Below, one piece after another: positions 9,691 to 19,365 of a stretch of DNA of 64,000 nt (position 1 is its first letter; each line of letters begins with the position of its first letter). The notes below the pieces were generated by a model that saw only the letters and a program-made list of their open reading frames with translations, was not told where the DNA came from and searched no databases. The translations under genes and the position numbers were made by a program. Source of the stretch: a virus (taxonomy: Duplodnaviria; Caudoviricetes); the IMG/VR virus record IMGVR_UViG_3300021256_000102, positions 3,327-67,326 of that record. One strand, given 5' to 3'.

Positions 9691-10896
9691 TTACTCATTT
9701 CCTCCTGCTTTAAAATTATAAATAGGCTTAAGAATTTTTGTAATTTCTACTGTAGGTTCAATTGCTTCTTTAATAAGATCTATATTTCTATAAGCAAAAG
9801 GAGCTTCATCTAATGTATCTTTAGATATTGATGTAGAATAAACATCTTTCATTTCTTTCTTAAACATTGGAAGATTGTATGATTCTTTAACCTCAGATCT
9901 TTTAATAATTCTTCCAGATCCATGAGGAGCTGAAAAATTCCAATCTTTATTTTCTTTTGCTTTTCCTATAATAATACCATCTCTCATATTAATAGGAATT
10001 ACAATATCTTCTGGATATTTATGATCACATTCATAATATATAAAAGAAGATATACATCCTTTTCTTATATAAATATTTCCATAATTATCTTCATCTATAT
10101 AATTATGAGGAATATCATAATAATCAGCATACTGATCAAAAATCCATTTCATATTATCACATATTCTTTTTACAATTATATATCTATTAAAATATGCAAT
10201 AGAATTACAATAAAATGTACATTTTAAATATTCTTCTAATAAATCTTCTTCTAAATAGGTCATTTCATAAGGAATATTAATTCCTTTTTTCTTTAAATAC
10301 TCCTGGCCTTTATCTTTAAAATATTTATTTACACATTGACCAATAAATCTACTTCCTGTATGTACAGCAATATAGTAATTATCTTCATCATCTTTATCAA
10401 TTTCTATAAAATGATTTCCCCCTCCAAGAGTACCAATATAAGATAATGCTCTATTAAGATCTAATATATGAAGATCATTGCATATATGATAGAATCTATG
10501 AATATCAGACTTCATAAAACTATTTTTTCCTATATCATGTCTATTAGATCCAGAAGGAATATATTCTCTAATTACAGAATCCAACTTCTGTAAATGCCCT
10601 TTAGTAATTTTCTTTTTATTAATTTTTACTAAAGCTATTCCACAACCAATATCAGATCCTATTAAATTAGGTATAATCTTATCTGGTTTTTTATCATAAA
10701 CAATTGATAATCCAATAGGACCTACTTTACCAGCATGAACATCTGGCATTAATCTAATTTGTGCATCTTTAAAAATTTCATTATCACAAATCATTTTAAT
10801 TTGTGCTCTTGCATACTGATCGATATCATAAATATCACTATCAACGCAAAAACATTTTGCGATATTAAATTTTCCTTCAATTAAAATTTCTTTCAT
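9691..10896 (-). CDS. rtcB: RtcB-family 3'-phosphate/5'-OH RNA ligase
   Basis: MPDVHAG, GSDIGCG, GTLGGGNHFIE, VHTGSR, IRKG, SAPHGSGR, DEAPFAY motifs all present. Confidence 0.95.
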   Translation of the reverse strand: MKEILIEGKFNIAKCFCVDSDIYDIDQYARAQIKMICDNEIFKDAQIRLMPDVHAGKVGPIGLSIVYDKKPDKIIPNLIGSDIGCGIALVKINKKKITKGHLQKLDSVIREYIPSGSNRHDIGKNSFMKSDIHRFYHICNDLHILDLNRALSYIGTLGGGNHFIEIDKDDEDNYYIAVHTGSRFIGQCVNKYFKDKGQEYLKKKGINIPYEMTYLEEDLLEEYLKCTFYCNSIAYFNRYIIVKRICDNMKWIFDQYADYYDIPHNYIDEDNYGNIYIRKGCISSFIYYECDHKYPEDIVIPINMRDGIIIGKAKENKDWNFSAPHGSGRIIKRSEVKESYNLPMFKKEMKDVYSTSISKDTLDEAPFAYRNIDLIKEAIEPTVEITKILKPIYNFKAGGNE

Positions 10897-10929
10897 TGTT
10901 TTCTCCTTTTAAATATAAACTATTTTAGT

Positions 10930-10947
10930 TTCAATATTATAATATCT
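10930..10947 (-). promoter_or_regulatory. Early-type promoter for rtcB-prfH
   Basis: AGATATTATAA-tat-TGAA on minus strand, 34 nt upstream of rtcB ATG. Confidence 0.7.
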
Positions 10948-10966
10948 TTTTGAAATAAAAGATAAA

Positions 10967-10998
10967 AATCCAGAAGAGAGATTACTCTCTTCTGGATT
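10967..10998. terminator. Terminator after terminase gene
   Basis: AATCCAGAAGAGAG-atta-CTCTCTTCTGGATT. Confidence 0.85.
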
Positions 10999-11002
10999 AA
11001 TA

Positions 11003-13240
11003 TTATAATCTATTAAATAAGTCAGATAAGTTTCCTACTAATCTAGGATCTTTATTTGGATCTTTATCATCTTCTCCATAAAAAGTTTTATTAATATCAT
11101 CCATAATATCTACATATCCTAGCTTAGATTGTTTCTCTAAATGATCAATTGGTACATGATAAGCTTTACTAATAGCTTCTCTACCATAAGGAGTCATTTG
11201 TATCTTATCTAAAGCTTTCTTTTCATCTATTACTTGTTGTTTATAAAGATCTTCGAATGTAATATTTTTTCTAGCATTTAAGATCTTTAATTGTTCTTCT
11301 ACCATTTGTGTAGAAGGATCTTCAGATCTAAATATAGATGGATCTATATCTTCTCCTTCCATATACTCTTCTTCAAGAGAATAAGAAGTTTCATCATAAT
11401 GATCATCTGTAAATATTTCTGTTTTCATTAAATGAAAACGAGTAGCAAGATCTTCTCCATGATAGAATACATAAAGAGCCCAAAGATAAGAGAATATCAA
11501 ATCATCATGAGCATCATCAGCATGTTCAGTTTTTCCATTAGGTTTAACAACCATTGTACAAAGTTCATCATAAAGTTCTTTTGTATTAAATTTGTCTCTA
11601 TGATGCTGTACTCTTTGATGAAGAAGTTCAATAAGCTGATTACGCTTAGTTTTAGAAGATACCGTACCATAACATTTTACTCTTCTAGTACGTTTTCTTA
11701 CAGAAGTACCATCAAATATTTCTTCATCAGCACGATCTTTAATTTCATAATAAAGATTTTTCTTTATAGAAGTTTTAAGAAGCATTTGAATAACTGAGCT
11801 TCCGTAACCTCCATTTGACTCGATATTTACAATTGCATTCTTAGCATAATTAGTTACAAATTGATATATTACATCAGCTAATTCTGGCATAGTAATAAAG
11901 TTATTTCTAAATGTAGCAATAACTTTTGTAGTTTCAGAATCAATTACAGTTATTGCAGAAGCATCTTTATGTATACCAGAAGATACATCAACTCCAATAA
12001 TTGGTGGGTATGTAGATCCTAATGGTATACTATCCCAGAATTTCATCTGGAATTGTCCAGCTTTACCAAAGAATAAAGTATATTTAGGTTCATCTTTAAC
12101 CATAGATCCAATCATTTCAAGATCTTCTCTATTAAATGGACTATTATCAGCCATTTTAGCCCATTCAATTAATACTTCTCTTCTTAATTTTCCCCAGTCT
12201 CCTTCAAACAACTGTGCCATCTTATCAAAATACTCAGCACCTTTACCTAACATTTGATAAGTATATCTTATATTCATAAAACTAGATTGAGTATTAGATT
12301 TAATAAGAGCGATTAATTTATCATAAGAATAATCATAATATGCTTCATTCCATTGAGTAGCATTTTCTGTAATTCTATATGCAAACTGACCTTCTTTAGT
12401 AGTAAGATCTCCAGGAGTTGTAGTAATAAGCATCCCATATGGAGCTCCATTCTTCTTAGCATTTTCTGATGCTGTAGAGAAAGCAGGTGCAGCTGCTGTA
12501 TATACTATATCATTATATGGCAAGAAAGCAAACTCATCAAAATATAAAAGAGGTACAGTAGCACCTCTTCCTGCACCATCTGCAAGAGAAGGAGTTCTTG
12601 CACCAGGAAGAGTAGATATAAGGTTTTTATTAATTGGATTTTGAAGAGTTTCTGCTGTATTTGGAACTCTTATTTGTTTACCATCTCTTCCTATAACTGA
12701 TTCCATACGTAAATAATCTGGAAGAGCTGATCTAAGATTTTTGAGAGTACGTAAATTAGATTTAGAATCATCATGCTTCTTATTAGCAAACATGATTCTT
12801 GAGTTAGTAGTACCAAAATTAAAACACCAAAGATACCAAAGAAGAGCACTTACTGTTTTGCCTTGCTGTCTGCTTATACAGACGAATTGATTTATATTAT
12901 ATACAAACATATATGACATTGCAAGATTAGCTCTTGTAAGTTGATATCTTTTTCCAGATCCTGTAGCTCCACCTTCCTCAGGTATTCTAACTACGTCCTT
13001 AAGGAAGTACCAGTAATTACTTAGGCACTCTTTTAATATTCTAAGCTTCATCTGTCTCGTGAGTGTAGGATCATATGGATTTACCCCTATCAATCCAGTA
13101 TCATATATAAGTAGAAAGAATGCATTATTCTTTATTCCTTTAGCTTTTAAAAAATAATGCATCTTTAAAAAACTTTGATTATCCGTATTATAATCATAAT
13201 GTACCTGTATTGGAACAGAAGGATTAGATGTTATTGCCAT
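11003..13240 (-). CDS. terL: Terminase large subunit
   Basis: Walker A SRQQGKT, Walker B LLYFDEFAF, LITTTPG coupling motif, RNase H-like nuclease IIGVDVSSG...HDDLIFS. Confidence 0.93.
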   Translation of the reverse strand: MAITSNPSVPIQVHYDYNTDNQSFLKMHYFLKAKGIKNNAFFLLIYDTGLIGVNPYDPTLTRQMKLRILKECLSNYWYFLKDVVRIPEEGGATGSGKRYQLTRANLAMSYMFVYNINQFVCISRQQGKTVSALLWYLWCFNFGTTNSRIMFANKKHDDSKSNLRTLKNLRSALPDYLRMESVIGRDGKQIRVPNTAETLQNPINKNLISTLPGARTPSLADGAGRGATVPLLYFDEFAFLPYNDIVYTAAAPAFSTASENAKKNGAPYGMLITTTPGDLTTKEGQFAYRITENATQWNEAYYDYSYDKLIALIKSNTQSSFMNIRYTYQMLGKGAEYFDKMAQLFEGDWGKLRREVLIEWAKMADNSPFNREDLEMIGSMVKDEPKYTLFFGKAGQFQMKFWDSIPLGSTYPPIIGVDVSSGIHKDASAITVIDSETTKVIATFRNNFITMPELADVIYQFVTNYAKNAIVNIESNGGYGSSVIQMLLKTSIKKNLYYEIKDRADEEIFDGTSVRKRTRRVKCYGTVSSKTKRNQLIELLHQRVQHHRDKFNTKELYDELCTMVVKPNGKTEHADDAHDDLIFSYLWALYVFYHGEDLATRFHLMKTEIFTDDHYDETSYSLEEEYMEGEDIDPSIFRSEDPSTQMVEEQLKILNARKNITFEDLYKQQVIDEKKALDKIQMTPYGREAISKAYHVPIDHLEKQSKLGYVDIMDDINKTFYGEDDKDPNKDPRLVGNLSDLFNRL

Positions 13241-13270
13241 AATATAATTTCCTTATATAATTTATAATAT

Positions 13271-13282
13271 TATAATTTTGTT
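13271..13282 (-). promoter_or_regulatory. Late-type promoter for terminase
   Basis: AACAaaattaTA on minus strand upstream of ATG 13240. Confidence 0.55.
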
Positions 13283-13337
13283 AAATTTTTATAATTTTAT
13301 ATACTTTTAAATAAAAATGAAATTAAGGAGACATTTT

Positions 13338-14096
13338 ATGAAAACACCAAAATTAAAACCAGGAATGAGATTTGGAAAATTAGTTACAATAAAGCAAGTT
13401 GATGATAAAATATATGGAATAAAAAATAAAAGAGTTCATGAATGCTGGCTTTGTAAATGCGATTGTGGAAATACTATAGAAGTTGTAGAATGGAATTTAA
13501 TAAATAAAAATACTACTACATGTGGATGTTATAGATTAGATAAAGAGCCAGCTACAGTACATGGATTATCTAAAACAAGAATAAATAAAATGTATAGAGA
13601 TATGAAATATAGATGTAGTGATCATGAAAATATCTCACGGGGTAATATGACATATAAAAATAATAATATTAAAATATGTGATGATTGGCTTGGTAAAGAT
13701 GGATTTATGAATTTTTATCAATATGCAATATCTCATGGTTATGATGATACATTAACAATAGATAGAATTGATCCTTTAGGCAATTACGAACCAGGAAATA
13801 TAAGATTTGTAGATAAATATACACAAGCAAATAATAAAACAAATAATAAATATATAAAATATAATGATGATAAATTTACAGTAGCAGACTGGGCAAAGGC
13901 TTTAAATCATAATGTAGAAAAATTATATAATAGAATTAAATCTGGACATTCTGAAAAAGAAGTATTACTTGGAAAAGATAATAAACCAGATATAATAAAT
14001 GGAATATATTTTATTAATTCTTATACTAATCGACCCGTTCCTCAATCACAAATAGATTCTGGTGATTCTGATCAATTTAGAACATGTTTTGAATAG
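13338..14096 (+). CDS. Free-standing HNH homing endonuclease
   Basis: GMRFGKLV...CKCDCGN...CGC...HG N-terminal domain, TIDRIDPLGNYEPGNIRF HNH core; AAGGAG SD favours ATG 13338 over 13317. Confidence 0.85.
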   Translation: MKTPKLKPGMRFGKLVTIKQVDDKIYGIKNKRVHECWLCKCDCGNTIEVVEWNLINKNTTTCGCYRLDKEPATVHGLSKTRINKMYRDMKYRCSDHENISRGNMTYKNNNIKICDDWLGKDGFMNFYQYAISHGYDDTLTIDRIDPLGNYEPGNIRFVDKYTQANNKTNNKYIKYNDDKFTVADWAKALNHNVEKLYNRIKSGHSEKEVLLGKDNKPDIINGIYFINSYTNRPVPQSQIDSGDSDQFRTCFE

Positions 14097-14126
14097 TATA
14101 AATAATAAGATAGGAGTAAACCTATT

Positions 14127-14804
14127 ATGAATGATACTTATCTTAGAATAATTTTATATATTATAATATTTATTATAGTTATAATTTCTATTATAATAAC
14201 TCATAAATTAGAATATAATAAAGCTAGAAAAAAAGTTATGAAAGAAAATACTTTTCGTATTGCTCATAAAACAGATTTTATTATTTGTATTATTTCTTAT
14301 ATTAGAGAATCTAAATTAATCAAAGATTTTCTTAATTCTGGATATTATGCTTCTTTTGACATCTTTTATGAAATGGTAAAAGATATATTAATCTCTCAGT
14401 TTAAAAAAGATTATGAATCTAATATAGAATTTATTCCAAATACAACAATAGATAATCCATTATCATATATTAATAAATTTCCATATTTTGATACACTTAA
14501 TTCTAAACTTAATGTATTTGAAGAAGCTCTTAATTCTCTTGAAATTGAAAATGAATTATTAAGAATGTATTCCTCTAGATTTGAAGAAGGAATTAGAGAA
14601 GCAGAAGAAATAGAAAAAGAAGCTATTGCTTATAATAAGACTTTTGGTAACGAACCTTCTGGAGACCCTAAATTACATCCAATAGATAATACTGAAAATG
14701 TCTCAGATGCTGAAGAGGATATTAATGAAAATGAATTATTTGATAAACTTATATCTTCTGGTACTGTAGAAGAGTTTGAAGATGATAATTTAAAAGAATT
14801 TTAA
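14127..14804 (+). CDS. Hypothetical membrane-anchored protein
   Basis: N-terminal IILYIIIFIIVIISIII segment, acidic C-terminus, AGGAG SD. Confidence 0.75.
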   Translation: MNDTYLRIILYIIIFIIVIISIIITHKLEYNKARKKVMKENTFRIAHKTDFIICIISYIRESKLIKDFLNSGYYASFDIFYEMVKDILISQFKKDYESNIEFIPNTTIDNPLSYINKFPYFDTLNSKLNVFEEALNSLEIENELLRMYSSRFEEGIREAEEIEKEAIAYNKTFGNEPSGDPKLHPIDNTENVSDAEEDINENELFDKLISSGTVEEFEDDNLKEF

Positions 14805-14816
14805 TAAAAAATAAAA

Positions 14817-14844
14817 TAGGGAGCAGATTTTATTCTGCTCCCTA
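14817..14844. terminator. Bidirectional terminator
   Basis: TAGGGAGCAGA...TCTGCTCCCTA between convergent genes. Confidence 0.85.
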
Positions 14845-14950
14845 ATTTTTAATTATCTAAATTATTATCACATATCGGATAATAATTTACTATACATTCT
14901 TCCAACTGCAATTTTATCTTCTTTATCAGTTAGAATATAACTAGTTATTT

Positions 14951-15478
14951 TTACTTCTCATCATCCTTGACACCAAAGAAGACTCTAACAAAATTATCCT
15001 TAACAACTCTAGGATCAATTTTGACTTCAAGATATGCTACTTTATCACCAGTAAGAAGCTTTTCAAACTCTTTCTTGGTAATATAATACACATCAGGATC
15101 TCCTTCAAGTCTCAAGCACATCTTAGACTGATCCATTGTCTGTGCTTTATGGCCCTTTGCTTTGATTCGGCCATTACATTTTCTGCTGCACTTATCACAA
15201 AATTCATTTGTACAGCATTCCCAGTAACAGCAATCAGGTTCAATAAGATCTGATTTCTCTTTCTTTAAACTCTGAGGCTGAGGATAAACAATTTCAATCA
15301 TGCTCGGAGTTTCTGTTACGGTGGGCTCTGGTTTCTTTTCTTCTTCAACATTTTCATTTGATTCTACAATCTGCTGCTCTTCAGTAGATTCATTGAACTC
15401 TTTTGTATCAAGTTCCTGCTCGACTTCTTCATTTGTCTTTTCTGCTACATTCAGTTCCATTTCCATGTTTTCCATCAT
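14951..15478 (-). CDS. Acidic protein with Cys-rich cluster
   Basis: Glu-rich N-terminal half then CCYWECCTNEFCDKCSRKC; AAGGAGG SD. Confidence 0.75.
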   Translation of the reverse strand: MMENMEMELNVAEKTNEEVEQELDTKEFNESTEEQQIVESNENVEEEKKPEPTVTETPSMIEIVYPQPQSLKKEKSDLIEPDCCYWECCTNEFCDKCSRKCNGRIKAKGHKAQTMDQSKMCLRLEGDPDVYYITKKEFEKLLTGDKVAYLEVKIDPRVVKDNFVRVFFGVKDDEK

Positions 15479-15538
15479 TGTGTTTCCTCCTTATTTTATG
15501 CTTTAAAATGATTGGAAATTTATATAAAAGACTAAGAA

Positions 15539-16765
15539 TTATATTCCCAGCCTCTTACACCATTCTGTATAATAATTCCAGACAAGTCTAGACCCCTTAT
15601 TTGTTCCTTGAGTTTTATGCTTGCCTGTATTATAACTGTAATAAGCATTCTGAGATATTCCCCATTTATTTACACAAATATTCATCTCATCCATTCCTGC
15701 ACGAATATTTATGTAATCATTATATTGAAGCTCATCACAGGTCAAATTATTTAAATCATAGGAACTAATTAAACCTTTCTTTTTTAAATCAGCCCAATTG
15801 CAAGAATTAACTTGCATAATTCCTAGATCTCTAGTTCCATTAGAATTATAATGAGACCTATATCTTCCAAGATCACTTTCTTGCTGCATTACACTTAATA
15901 AAAATGCATAATAATGCTCTGGATCTTGTGGATAAAACTCTTTACACAGATCATAAGTATATTTCTGAAGATCTTTACTAAATCCCCATTTCTCTACAAG
16001 ATAATCATTATAAGGAGTTTTATCAATACTCGCTTGATAATCTTTATACTCCTTTTCATTGCCTACATAATTACTAGCAATATAATATGATTTATCTTGA
16101 TACAAAATCTCTGTCCATTCTTCTCCAGCTTCTACTACTTGAACATCTTTTCCTGCATAAAGTTTAAAAGCTACATTATCTGGAGATGTTTTTGGAGACG
16201 TTCTTACATTTACATTTGTAAAAACTTTTTCCTGAACAGCATTATATTTTTTATATCCAAGCATATCTCCAATATATTCAGACTTAATATAGCCTGTTTT
16301 ATTATTTGGAGTAAGTACTTTTATCCATTCACCCTCATCATTGATAACACCAACCATTATCTTTTGATCAATAGTATCAATGATATCTGAATCCACAGAT
16401 TTCTCTGCTCTTACATTTACTTTACTAAAAGTAATATTTTCATATTTTGCACTAGGAAGTGCAGGCTGAGTTTCTACAATGGTAGTTTCAGCAACAACAG
16501 TATTTTCAAATGTTCTTTTAGATTCTTCAACAGAAGGGATCGTAGTTTCTTCTATTACTGTTGTACTTTCATTTTTAGATCCCATAGATGCTTTAATACC
16601 AAAGCAGAATAGAATTAAAACACTAACAATTATAGCTCCAAAAATATATATCATATTATCCTGAAACTTTTTCGTAATTTCTTTCTTCCTTTTAGCTTTT
16701 CTTTCTGCTTCTAAATTTCTGTTTCTAATTTTCCAGAAATTCTTTTCTCGTTCTTCTGGTGTCAT
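15539..16765 (-). CDS. Membrane-anchored SH3b x2 + SLT lytic transglycosylase
   Basis: TM helix, two SH3b repeats (VNVRAEKS..., VNVRTSP...), SLT motifs QQES and DLGIMQVNS; GAAAGGAG SD places start at 16765. Confidence 0.85.
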   Translation of the reverse strand: MTPEEREKNFWKIRNRNLEAERKAKRKKEITKKFQDNMIYIFGAIIVSVLILFCFGIKASMGSKNESTTVIEETTIPSVEESKRTFENTVVAETTIVETQPALPSAKYENITFSKVNVRAEKSVDSDIIDTIDQKIMVGVINDEGEWIKVLTPNNKTGYIKSEYIGDMLGYKKYNAVQEKVFTNVNVRTSPKTSPDNVAFKLYAGKDVQVVEAGEEWTEILYQDKSYYIASNYVGNEKEYKDYQASIDKTPYNDYLVEKWGFSKDLQKYTYDLCKEFYPQDPEHYYAFLLSVMQQESDLGRYRSHYNSNGTRDLGIMQVNSCNWADLKKKGLISSYDLNNLTCDELQYNDYINIRAGMDEMNICVNKWGISQNAYYSYNTGKHKTQGTNKGSRLVWNYYTEWCKRLGI

Positions 16766-16785
16766 TGTATAGCTCCTTTCATATA

Positions 16786-16965
16786 TCAAGCATTTGAAGG
16801 CTCGAATAATTCTCCAGTTTCTTCATCTTCAACAAAGAGAAATGGTGCAGGATTTTTTGATCTATATACTTCTGCCATTCTCATCGTTTCCCATAAGCTG
16901 TTTCCATATGGATTGTCTAAATAAATCCTTCTTCCTTTAAAAACCTCCATAAAAATCTTATACAT
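16786..16965 (-). CDS. Small hypothetical protein (59 aa, below track cutoff)
   Basis: MYKIFMEVFKGRRIYLDNPYGNSLWETMRMAEVYRSKNPAPFLFVEDEETGELFEPSNA, AAGGGG SD, first gene after early promoter. Confidence 0.7.
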   Translation of the reverse strand: MYKIFMEVFKGRRIYLDNPYGNSLWETMRMAEVYRSKNPAPFLFVEDEETGELFEPSNA

Positions 16966-17000
16966 AATTTTCCCCTTTTTGAATAAAATTATCTCATAGT

Positions 17001-17020
17001 TTCATTATTATAATATCTAT
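17001..17020 (-). promoter_or_regulatory. Early-type promoter
   Basis: ATAGATATTATAA-taa-TGAA on minus strand. Confidence 0.7.
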
Positions 17021-17106
17021 TTAAAATATCCTTTTATTAAAATGAAATATTATTTTATCAAGCACTTTTTTATAAATTAAATTTTTATATAAGGAGAGTT
17101 AATAGT

Positions 17107-17892
17107 ATGGTAGAATTTAATGGAGCTCCATTTCAATATAATCCAGCCATTACTAATGTAAATATAGATAATCAGCTTGCTGGTATTCTATCTCAATTTG
17201 GTGATGATTATGTCATGGATATTGTAAAAGATTCAATTAATAATCGATTTAGAATTTATGATTTACCAAGACCAAATATTGCTAATGCTTTTGAAATTAC
17301 ATTTAAAGATCTAACAGATGGATTTACATCTAATACAGATGAAATTCTAAATACTAGAAATAGAGTATATAATAATATTATTAATATAATTTGTGATTAT
17401 TATAATTTTACTTATAATCAAAATGATGAATCTGATACTTTTTCTTCTGCATATTGGTTGTATGAAGTATTTGTATCTAATTTTACTAATTCACTTATTA
17501 ATTTCTATACTTTATATTTAATTAGAGAATCTTCTTCTATTTATTCAGCACTTAATCTAGAAGAAAGAAATAAAATTAATGAAACTACTTATCAATATTC
17601 TAAACGGTTATTTAAAGATCCAAAGATTGCAAGTATTCATTGTAATCTTGAATATGTAATCGATCAAATTAATAGTTTTGATATTAATTTATGGACTATT
17701 TTAAATACTATATATTCAGCAAATCCTAATATTGCTAATTATATTTTAAGTATTATTAGTGATAATACAGGAGGATTCTTTAAAAATTATTATGAATCTT
17801 TTCTTTATGGAAAAGAAGCTGCTGATATTTTAACTCAAATTAAATTAAATTTACAACAACTTGGTGGTGAAATTGAACCTTTAGGAGAATAA
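17107..17892 (+). CDS. Hypothetical protein
   Basis: 261 aa ORF, AAGGAG SD, late-type CACT-N6-TA at 17063-17074. Confidence 0.8.
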   Translation: MVEFNGAPFQYNPAITNVNIDNQLAGILSQFGDDYVMDIVKDSINNRFRIYDLPRPNIANAFEITFKDLTDGFTSNTDEILNTRNRVYNNIINIICDYYNFTYNQNDESDTFSSAYWLYEVFVSNFTNSLINFYTLYLIRESSSIYSALNLEERNKINETTYQYSKRLFKDPKIASIHCNLEYVIDQINSFDINLWTILNTIYSANPNIANYILSIISDNTGGFFKNYYESFLYGKEAADILTQIKLNLQQLGGEIEPLGE

Positions 17893-17903
17893 AGAAAATA
17901 GAG

Positions 17904-18122
17904 ATGGATGATGATATTCTTAAACCTCATGAGAAAGAAGAAAGGTTTGTATGTATATTTTGTGCTATGATTTATTATACAAAAATCTATTCTGATAGAG
18001 AACCATTCAGAAAATATAGTGATAAAATTAGAGCAAAGTGTCCAAGATGCGGACTAATTAGTTATAAATCTGTAGATAGAGATAGATCAAACCCAAATGG
18101 AGAAATTAAAGATGAATTATAA
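17904..18122 (+). CDS. Small zinc-ribbon protein
   Basis: CIFC...CPRC pair. Confidence 0.65.
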   Translation: MDDDILKPHEKEERFVCIFCAMIYYTKIYSDREPFRKYSDKIRAKCPRCGLISYKSVDRDRSNPNGEIKDEL

Positions 18123-19296
18123 TAAAATTGATGAAGCATACAATAAACTTATTTCTTCTACAAATGATTTAGAAGCTTCTAAGAAAAATATAGAAGAAAT
18201 AAAGAATGATATATCCGATGAATTAAATAGTATAGAAATTGATAATTCTGAAAATAGTAGTGATGCTGTGAATACTGTTGGTACATACAATCCAATTACA
18301 GGAAATATTGCTGTAGCTGCAGCATCAGATGATATTAAAACCCTTTCTGATTATCATTTTGATAAATTTACAAATAGTAATAATCCTTTAACATTAGATG
18401 AGATTAAAGAATTAATTAATACATCTAAAATTGGATATAAAGAAACCGATGAATTACAAACTGTTTTAAAAGTAAATGAATTAATTCAGAATAAGATTAG
18501 TGGTAAAAAAGTATTATATGATGATTTACCGCCAATTTTAAAGAAAGTTGTAACTGATATTGCTGCCCAATCTGCTAATAATGGTCCAAATTTTGCATAC
18601 TTGCATAATAAATCTATATTAAATTATATTTCTAATATAGTAATTCAGCAATTAGTAGATGAATATAATAAGAAAAATGCTGGTATTGATATTGATACTA
18701 TGCTTAAAGGCTTCGATGAGTCTATTAATAAAATGCAGAATGATATGTCAAAAGAATTTGGTGATATGCTGATGACTTTTGATGATGAAAGAAAAGCAGA
18801 AATTGATGCAGCTATTGAAAGATGTAAAAAAGAAGGAAAAGAAGATTCCATTATTAAGCTTCAGAAAATGAAAGATGTGATTGATGACGCTTATAATCTT
18901 AATAAATTTTCTGAATTTTGTAAGAAAGTAAAAATTAAGAAATTTGATTTAGAAAAACCAAAGAAAGTATTTTTATCTTTTAATTCTAAATATGAAAAGC
19001 ATGCTAATAATATTAATGATATTCAATATTGTCCTATTGTATTAGATAGACATCTTGATGATCATAATAATAATCTTAAATTATGCTTAGCTTTTTGTAA
19101 ATATTGTATGAATTTCTCTCCTGATAATATTGAAGATCATACATTTATGTATTATTTTATTAGAAATATTATTCTTATTGATAGAATTAATCCTAAAGGT
19201 AAATTATATGAAACTATGGATGAAAAATCAAAAAAATTCTATGATGGATTTATTGAAAATCTTAAAAAATGCATCTCTAATTTAAATGATAGATAA
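18097..19296 (+). CDS. Hypothetical helical protein
   Basis: 399 aa ORF; start may be ATG 18112 (GGAGA SD). Confidence 0.8.
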   Translation: MEKLKMNYNKIDEAYNKLISSTNDLEASKKNIEEIKNDISDELNSIEIDNSENSSDAVNTVGTYNPITGNIAVAAASDDIKTLSDYHFDKFTNSNNPLTLDEIKELINTSKIGYKETDELQTVLKVNELIQNKISGKKVLYDDLPPILKKVVTDIAAQSANNGPNFAYLHNKSILNYISNIVIQQLVDEYNKKNAGIDIDTMLKGFDESINKMQNDMSKEFGDMLMTFDDERKAEIDAAIERCKKEGKEDSIIKLQKMKDVIDDAYNLNKFSEFCKKVKIKKFDLEKPKKVFLSFNSKYEKHANNINDIQYCPIVLDRHLDDHNNNLKLCLAFCKYCMNFSPDNIEDHTFMYYFIRNIILIDRINPKGKLYETMDEKSKKFYDGFIENLKKCISNLNDR

Positions 19297-19365
19297 TAAC
19301 ATTAAATTAAAGATGTCGTTTTGATGCCCATTTCCTTCATTATGGCAATCTTCTTTGTACTTCAT
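19282..19365 (-). CDS. Candidate small ORF (27 aa) MKYKEDCHNEGNGHQNDIFNLMLLSII
   Basis: AAGGAGG SD 4 nt before ATG; overlaps end of the convergent gene. Confidence 0.35.
   Translation of the reverse strand: MKYKEDCHNEGNGHQNDIFNLMLLSII

Noticed and set aside
11003-13240. Inteins or introns in terminase, RtcB, polymerase, ligase or RNAP genes
   Set aside because: Motif spacing is normal, there are no intein end motifs and the ORFs are uninterrupted.
14858-14950. 11-bp hairpin (14858-14888) and short open frame after the Cys-rich gene
   Set aside because: Purely AT-rich stem beside a terminator; the frame lacks a usable start codon.
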